DNA from: a bacterium
Lineage (GTDB): Bacteria > Zhuqueibacterota > Zhuqueibacteria > Residuimicrobiales > Krinioviventaceae
Direction: 5' to 3'
Length of the DNA stretch: 64,000 bases
Assembly: GCA_963674595.2 (NCBI GenBank)
Contig: CAXXFV010000017.1
Coordinates: 98,364-162,363 of the forward strand
Shown: positions 59,175 through 64,000 of the stretch, piece after piece
How positions within the stretch are numbered: position 1 is the stretch's first letter
Layout: every line of letters begins with the position of its first letter
The notes under the pieces: generated by a model
The model's database searches: none
What the model was told of the DNA's origin: nothing
The model's input: only the letters and a program-made list of their open reading frames with translations
Program-made: the position numbers and the translations under genes

Positions 59175-60428
59175 TTGATACAAGACCAGGTTAAGAATGA
59201 AGTCTATAAATGCAGTCGATGTGGTTTTTGTCAGCCGACGTGTCCCACATTTCAGGTAACAAAACGGGAACATGATCTGGCCCGCGGGCGTAACCAGCTT
59301 GTACGCGGTATTATCGATGGCCGCATTGAAATGGAAAAAAGCATGAAAAAGGAGCTTTTTCAGTGTTTAATGTGTAATGCCTGTTACACAAACTGTTTTA
59401 CGGCTGTTAAAACCGATCATGTCATGGCTCAGGCCCGTTATGAATATATAAAACAGTTTGGTCAGCCGCCGCTGCAAAAATACATCTTTAATCATCTTTT
59501 ACGTCATCCTGCTCTGTTGAATCGTTTGATGAAACTGTTTTCGTTTGGTAAAAGAACAGGACTTTCAGGTCTGGTGCAGGTATTAAGGATAATGGGGTGG
59601 TTTGGAAAAAATCTGGCCAATGCCGAAGGATTGTTGAGCAACGTTCCGAAATTAAATGCCCGTGAACAGATTGAAAAGATGGATGTTAATGTTGAAAATC
59701 CGCGAGGTAAGGTGGCCTTTTTTATCGGCTGCGGTATTAACTATGCTTTCCCGCAGGTGGCTGTATCCACGGTCAATAACATTGTTAAACGCGGCTTTCA
59801 GGTCGAAATTTTATCCAATTTGTGCTGCGGCCTGCCCGCTTATGTTTATGGAGACCAGGATTCGGTGAGATGGTTTGCAAAACACAATTTAAATCAGATG
59901 GCACAAACAGACGCTGATGTAATTATTACGGACTGTGCCAGTTGCACGTCCTTTTTAAAAGAGTATGAGCAATTTTTAGATGATAAAGATCATCAACATT
60001 TTGAGGAAATTAAATCTAAAATAGTTGACATTTCACAATGGTTGAATGATACCAGCCAATATGTGCAGCAAATTCCGGCGGATAAACATCAAACCGTCAC
60101 TTTTCATGATCCCTGCCATCTGGCCCATCACATTAAAGAGAAAAAGGCCCCCAGAGAGATCCTTGAAAATATATCATCCGTTGAATTTATTGAAATGAAC
60201 GAATCTGATTATTGCTGTGGCGGTGCGGGTTCCTATAATATTGCTTATTATGATACTTCAATGAAGATACTTGACAGAAAAATGCAAAATGTACAAAACA
60301 GCAATGCTGAAATTTTATCAACTGCCTGTCCGGCCTGTTTGATCCAGCTTACCTATGGTGTACGGCAGAAAAAGATGCCGGTAGAGGTGATGCATATTAG
60401 CTGTCTTGTTGATAAAAATACGCAATAA
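59175..60428 (+). CDS. glcF: Glycolate oxidase iron-sulfur subunit
   Basis: CSRCGFCQPTCP, RGR, CLMCNACYTNC, CCG, HDPCHL.H, CCGGAGSY. Confidence 0.88.
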   Translation: MIQDQVKNEVYKCSRCGFCQPTCPTFQVTKREHDLARGRNQLVRGIIDGRIEMEKSMKKELFQCLMCNACYTNCFTAVKTDHVMAQARYEYIKQFGQPPLQKYIFNHLLRHPALLNRLMKLFSFGKRTGLSGLVQVLRIMGWFGKNLANAEGLLSNVPKLNAREQIEKMDVNVENPRGKVAFFIGCGINYAFPQVAVSTVNNIVKRGFQVEILSNLCCGLPAYVYGDQDSVRWFAKHNLNQMAQTDADVIITDCASCTSFLKEYEQFLDDKDHQHFEEIKSKIVDISQWLNDTSQYVQQIPADKHQTVTFHDPCHLAHHIKEKKAPREILENISSVEFIEMNESDYCCGGAGSYNIAYYDTSMKILDRKMQNVQNSNAEILSTACPACLIQLTYGVRQKKMPVEVMHISCLVDKNTQ

Positions 60429-60444
60429 CCAAGTCAGGAAGATT

Positions 60445-61206
60445 ATGAAAAGGAAAAAGATCAAGACTGTAGAAAAACCTGTTGTGTTTCAAAGCGACGG
60501 CAGCCAGATTGTTGGTATGCTGCATAGCAGCGAATCTTCCAAGATCATTATTATGTGTCACGGATTCACTTCCAACAAAACTGAGAAAAATAAACTTTTT
60601 GTGGAAGCGGCCAGAAAATTTTCTGAAGAAGGGTATGATGTCCTTCGTTTTGATTTTTTTGGCTCCGGAGACAGCGAAGGGGATTTTCAGGACAGTCTTG
60701 TTTCTAAAAACATCCAAAATTTAAAAGATGCTGCCGACTGGGCCAAACAAAACGGTTACCTGGAAACCGCTGTTTTGGGTATAAGTATGGGTGCGGCAAC
60801 GGCTGTATTAACCGCCTCAGATCTTGATTTAAAGGCGCTTATCCTGTGGTCTACTGTACCGGATATGTCGTCACTTTTTGCTAGTTATGTGGATAATTTG
60901 GATGATATATCAGAAGAAATAACCGTTTATGAATACAATGGTTTACTCATTAAACGCGATTTTTGGCAGGATGCTATTCAATATGATGTGAAAAACGCAT
61001 TGGCAAAAATTATCGTTCCAAAATTAATTATTCAGGGAACAGGGGATGCTGAGATATTTGTCCAAGGATTTAAGGAATTTCAAAACATTGTATCCCCACC
61101 GGCTGATTTTATGGAAATTCCCGGCGCCGGTCATACTTTTCAAATCAGTACGCACCGAATGCAGGTCATTCGTCAAACAGCTATCTGGTTAAAACGTCAT
61201 TTTTAA
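60445..61206 (+). CDS. Alpha/beta hydrolase
   Basis: CHGFT, RFDF.G.GDSEG, GISMG nucleophile elbow, GAGH. Confidence 0.88.
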   Translation: MKRKKIKTVEKPVVFQSDGSQIVGMLHSSESSKIIIMCHGFTSNKTEKNKLFVEAARKFSEEGYDVLRFDFFGSGDSEGDFQDSLVSKNIQNLKDAADWAKQNGYLETAVLGISMGAATAVLTASDLDLKALILWSTVPDMSSLFASYVDNLDDISEEITVYEYNGLLIKRDFWQDAIQYDVKNALAKIIVPKLIIQGTGDAEIFVQGFKEFQNIVSPPADFMEIPGAGHTFQISTHRMQVIRQTAIWLKRHF

Positions 61207-61230
61207 AAATTTTACAGACAAGGATGTATT

Positions 61231-62095
61231 ATGGGAACTGAAAATAATAAAAAACATACGCCTATCCCGGATAAAGCTTATAAAAATTCCGGTTTTTTAA
61301 ATAGCGGAGATGCCCGGCCGATTCGGATCTTGTCGGAATATCTTGAACCGAAAAGTCGGTTAAAAAAATATGACATTAAAGATACCGTCGTCTTTTATGG
61401 TTTCTGCGCGTATCCTCTCCAAGGAAGATGCAAAGAATGAATTGGAAAAGGCAAAGTGGAAAGCCAGCCAAAATTCTTCAAACAATGATAAGAACAACGA
61501 CGAGATAAAAGCTGCCGAACGGCATATTAAAATGTCAAGCTATTATGAAGACGCACGTGAACTGGCTTTTCGCCTGACAAAGTGGTCTTTGGACCTGGCC
61601 GAAAGCCAGCGTTTTATTGTGTGCTCAGGCGGCGGACCCGGAATTATGAAAGCAGCCAACCAGGGTGCTATGGAAGCAGGAGGGCAGACCATCGGATTAA
61701 ATATAAGTATTCCGCATGAACAATATCCGAATCCATATATTACAGAAAAGTTGTCCTTTGAGTTTCATTATTTTTTTATGAGAAAATTGTGGTTTGTTTT
61801 GCCGGCAAAGGCCCTCATCGTTTTTCCGGGTGGTTTTGGTACAATGGACGAGTTGTTTGAGCTGTTGACCCTGCGGCAAACGCAAAAAATTACCAAGCCG
61901 CTTTGTGTTGTTATTTATGGAAAAGAATACTGGAATGATATAATTAAGTGGGAAAAATTAATCGACTGGGGTGTCATCAGCGAAGAGGATCTGAAATTAT
62001 TCAACATTGTGGACTCTGTCGATGATGCTTTTCTAACATTGAAAAACCATTTTGAAAAAGAATTTGTGGGAAAGAAAAAGTACTGGCATTGGTAA
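61231..62095 (+). pseudogene. LOG-family (TIGR00730-like) nucleotide phosphoribohydrolase split by a +1 frameshift at about 61401-61403 (possibly a sequencing error)
   Basis: Removing one T from GGTTTCT gives DTVVFYGSARI; GGGPGIM.AAN.GA, YFFMRK, PGGFGTMDE. Confidence 0.82.
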
Positions 62096-62100
62096 ACAAT

Positions 62101-62126
62101 AAAGCGTCATATTTGACGCTTTTTTT
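62101..62126 (+). terminator. Intrinsic terminator
   Basis: AAAGCGTCA-TATT-TGACGCTTTTTTT. Confidence 0.8.
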
Positions 62127-62206
62127 GTTTGTAATAAATCAAACCCCATGTTTATTTAATTTTCATACAAAAAAATAATTGATATTAGCTATCGAGTTAA
62201 ATATAT

Positions 62207-62842
62207 TTGAATACATTTTATAAAGGACGCAGATTGGATAGCTATAAAACAATAAAGAAAAACACCATTTTTGAACAAAAAATCAAAGGATCAAAATTTA
62301 TCGCCCAGGCTTTCCCTGTTCAGGAAAAGGACCAGGCTGAATCAGTTATCGCGCAAATATGTAAACAATATTACGATGCCACCCATAATTGTTTTGCTTA
62401 CCGGATAGGTGTCGGTCAGGATGAGATTTTTCGTTATAACGACGATGGAGAACCATCCGGTACGGCCGGAAAACCCATACTTCAGGCGATTGATTCGCAA
62501 AATTTAACCGATGTTTTGGTTATTGTAACACGATATTTTGGCGGAACAAAACTCGGTACCGGCGGACTGATTAGGTCCTATGGCGGTACTGCCCAATTAT
62601 TACTGGAACAGACTGAAATTGAACAAAAATATTTATATACAAAACTTCATCTGAATTATGATTACAGTTTAACACAGATCATTTTAAATACCCTTGAAAA
62701 ATATCACGCGAAAATAGTCAATTCTGATTATTCGGACACGGTGACGATGGATGTTAAAATTAGAAATAGTATGGTTGAAATGGTTCAAAAACAGCTCGTT
62801 GAAATAACGGCTGGTAAAGCTGAAATTAGTTTAGAGGGTTAA
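62207..62842 (+). CDS. yigZ: YigZ/IMPACT family protein
   Basis: KGSKFIA, DATHNCFAY, DDGEPSGTAGKP, VTRYFGGTKLGTGGL; true start may be TTG 62234. Confidence 0.92.
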   Translation: MNTFYKGRRLDSYKTIKKNTIFEQKIKGSKFIAQAFPVQEKDQAESVIAQICKQYYDATHNCFAYRIGVGQDEIFRYNDDGEPSGTAGKPILQAIDSQNLTDVLVIVTRYFGGTKLGTGGLIRSYGGTAQLLLEQTEIEQKYLYTKLHLNYDYSLTQIILNTLEKYHAKIVNSDYSDTVTMDVKIRNSMVEMVQKQLVEITAGKAEISLEG

Positions 62843-62843
62843 A

Positions 62844-64000
62844 GTGTCCTGGGAAAGCATTTTATTTATCACCACCCTCGTTTTAAGCGCTCTTTTTTCC
62901 GGATCAGAGACAGCCTATGTTTCTGCGAACCGATTGAAACTGCATCTGCAATCCAGAAAAAAACAGGAAATCGATCTTGAATCGTTACTTCTTTCCGATT
63001 CACAAATTTTTCTAACAACCACGCTGGTCGGCAACAATATTGTCATGGTTGCCTGCTCATCTCTTGCTGTTTTGGTTTTTTCCAAATTTGTTCCAAATTC
63101 CATCGTTATACTGGTTACTACTTTGTTCCTTTTGTTTTTCGGCGAAATTTTACCAAAATCTTTTGCCCAAAATATTCCAAACAAAGCTGTTCAATTTACA
63201 CCCCGATTTTTAAAGTTTTGCTATATTGTGTTTTATCCGATCATATACGTTGCAAATTTATTTTCCCGAAACATGGTCAGGCTGCTGGGGGGACAAAAAG
63301 ACGATGTAAATCTTTTCTTTAAAAAAAGAGACCTGCCCATACTTATTCGCAAATACATCAGCCAGGATACATTGGATTTTGATGACAGGGTGCTTATTTC
63401 CCGTGCGGTACGTATCGGTGAAAAAAGAGTGTCCGATATCATGCTGCCCCGGACAGATATGATTGCTGTTTCCAACAAGGAATCTATTACAAACATTAAA
63501 GAACTTTTTTATGAAACCGGGTTATCGCGGCTACCGGTTTATGAGGGCAGCATTGATCATATCATCGGTTTTTATTATGTTCTGGATTTTTTAACAGCCC
63601 GGGACCAGGAATCTCTTGCATTAAGACCTGTTCTTTTTTTACCGGAATCCATGCGTGTTTTTCAAATATTAAAAAAGTTAAGAGCATATAAAACCAGCAT
63701 TGCCGTTGCTATTGATGAGCACGGCGGAACGGCAGGTTTGGTTACTTTTGAAGATATTGTGGAAAAACTGTTTGGCTCCATACTCGATGAATTTGATAAA
63801 GAGAAAAAACTTGTCTTTAAACTGGATGAAAATACGTTTTTCATCGACGCGCGCACAAAAATTGATGAACTGTCTGAAAAATATCAGTTACAATTTCCGG
63901 AGGGTGACTATGTTACCATTGGCGGATTTGTCGAAACCTATTTAGGTTACATTCCCAAAACCGGATATTTGCTCAGGTTACATAACTATACGATTAAGAT
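62844..64000 (+). CDS. CNNM/DUF21-CBS (hemolysin-family, CorB/TlyC-like) protein, runs off the window end
   Basis: GTG 62844: MSWESILFITTLVLSALFSGSETA..., LVGNNIV, FGEILPK, SRLPVY, DEHGGTAGLVTFEDIVE; no stop in window. Confidence 0.88.
   Translation, partial: MSWESILFITTLVLSALFSGSETAYVSANRLKLHLQSRKKQEIDLESLLLSDSQIFLTTTLVGNNIVMVACSSLAVLVFSKFVPNSIVILVTTLFLLFFGEILPKSFAQNIPNKAVQFTPRFLKFCYIVFYPIIYVANLFSRNMVRLLGGQKDDVNLFFKKRDLPILIRKYISQDTLDFDDRVLISRAVRIGEKRVSDIMLPRTDMIAVSNKESITNIKELFYETGLSRLPVYEGSIDHIIGFYYVLDFLTARDQESLALRPVLFLPESMRVFQILKKLRAYKTSIAVAIDEHGGTAGLVTFEDIVEKLFGSILDEFDKEKKLVFKLDENTFFIDARTKIDELSEKYQLQFPEGDYVTIGGFVETYLGYIPKTGYLLRLHNYTIK

Overview
AT-rich bacterial chromosomal window with about 50 CDS. 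No rRNA, tRNA, CRISPR array or intact mobile element was seen. A PorV-family barrel, 'N(Y/F)PNPFNP' FlgD/T9SS-type C-terminal domains and carboxypeptidase-domain TonB receptors without SusD suggest an FCB-related lineage such as KSB1/Calditrichota (inference). Left to right: (1) two exported peptidases, then a TonB receptor/lipoprotein/FadL unit divergent from a TetR-etfBA-FadF-like operon, with five copies of a 13-bp palindromic operator; (2) thiI and a PfkB kinase; (3) a 21.7-kb co-oriented PUL-like locus (15549-37196) with no CAZyme and no SusD. It encodes a TBDR, a Ca-loop partner, PorV, an 8-module secreted protein, a GlpA-like flavoenzyme pair, a foldase-like lipoprotein, a GntR/UTRA regulator, two HAD phosphatases, a class II aldolase, a HisC-fold aminotransferase and a GlpT-type importer, behind a promoter with a HutC-type operator. 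This is the best candidate for an undescribed uptake/catabolic system; (4) a barrel plus polyproline lipoprotein, and uxs; (5) a minus-strand accessory tract with REP-like and other degenerate repeats around unrelated genes; (6) a chemoreceptor, a frameshifted secreted DUF362-cohesin protein, glcDEF, a hydrolase, a frameshifted LOG-family gene, yigZ and a partial CNNM gene. All family calls come from motif recognition by eye, not database searches.
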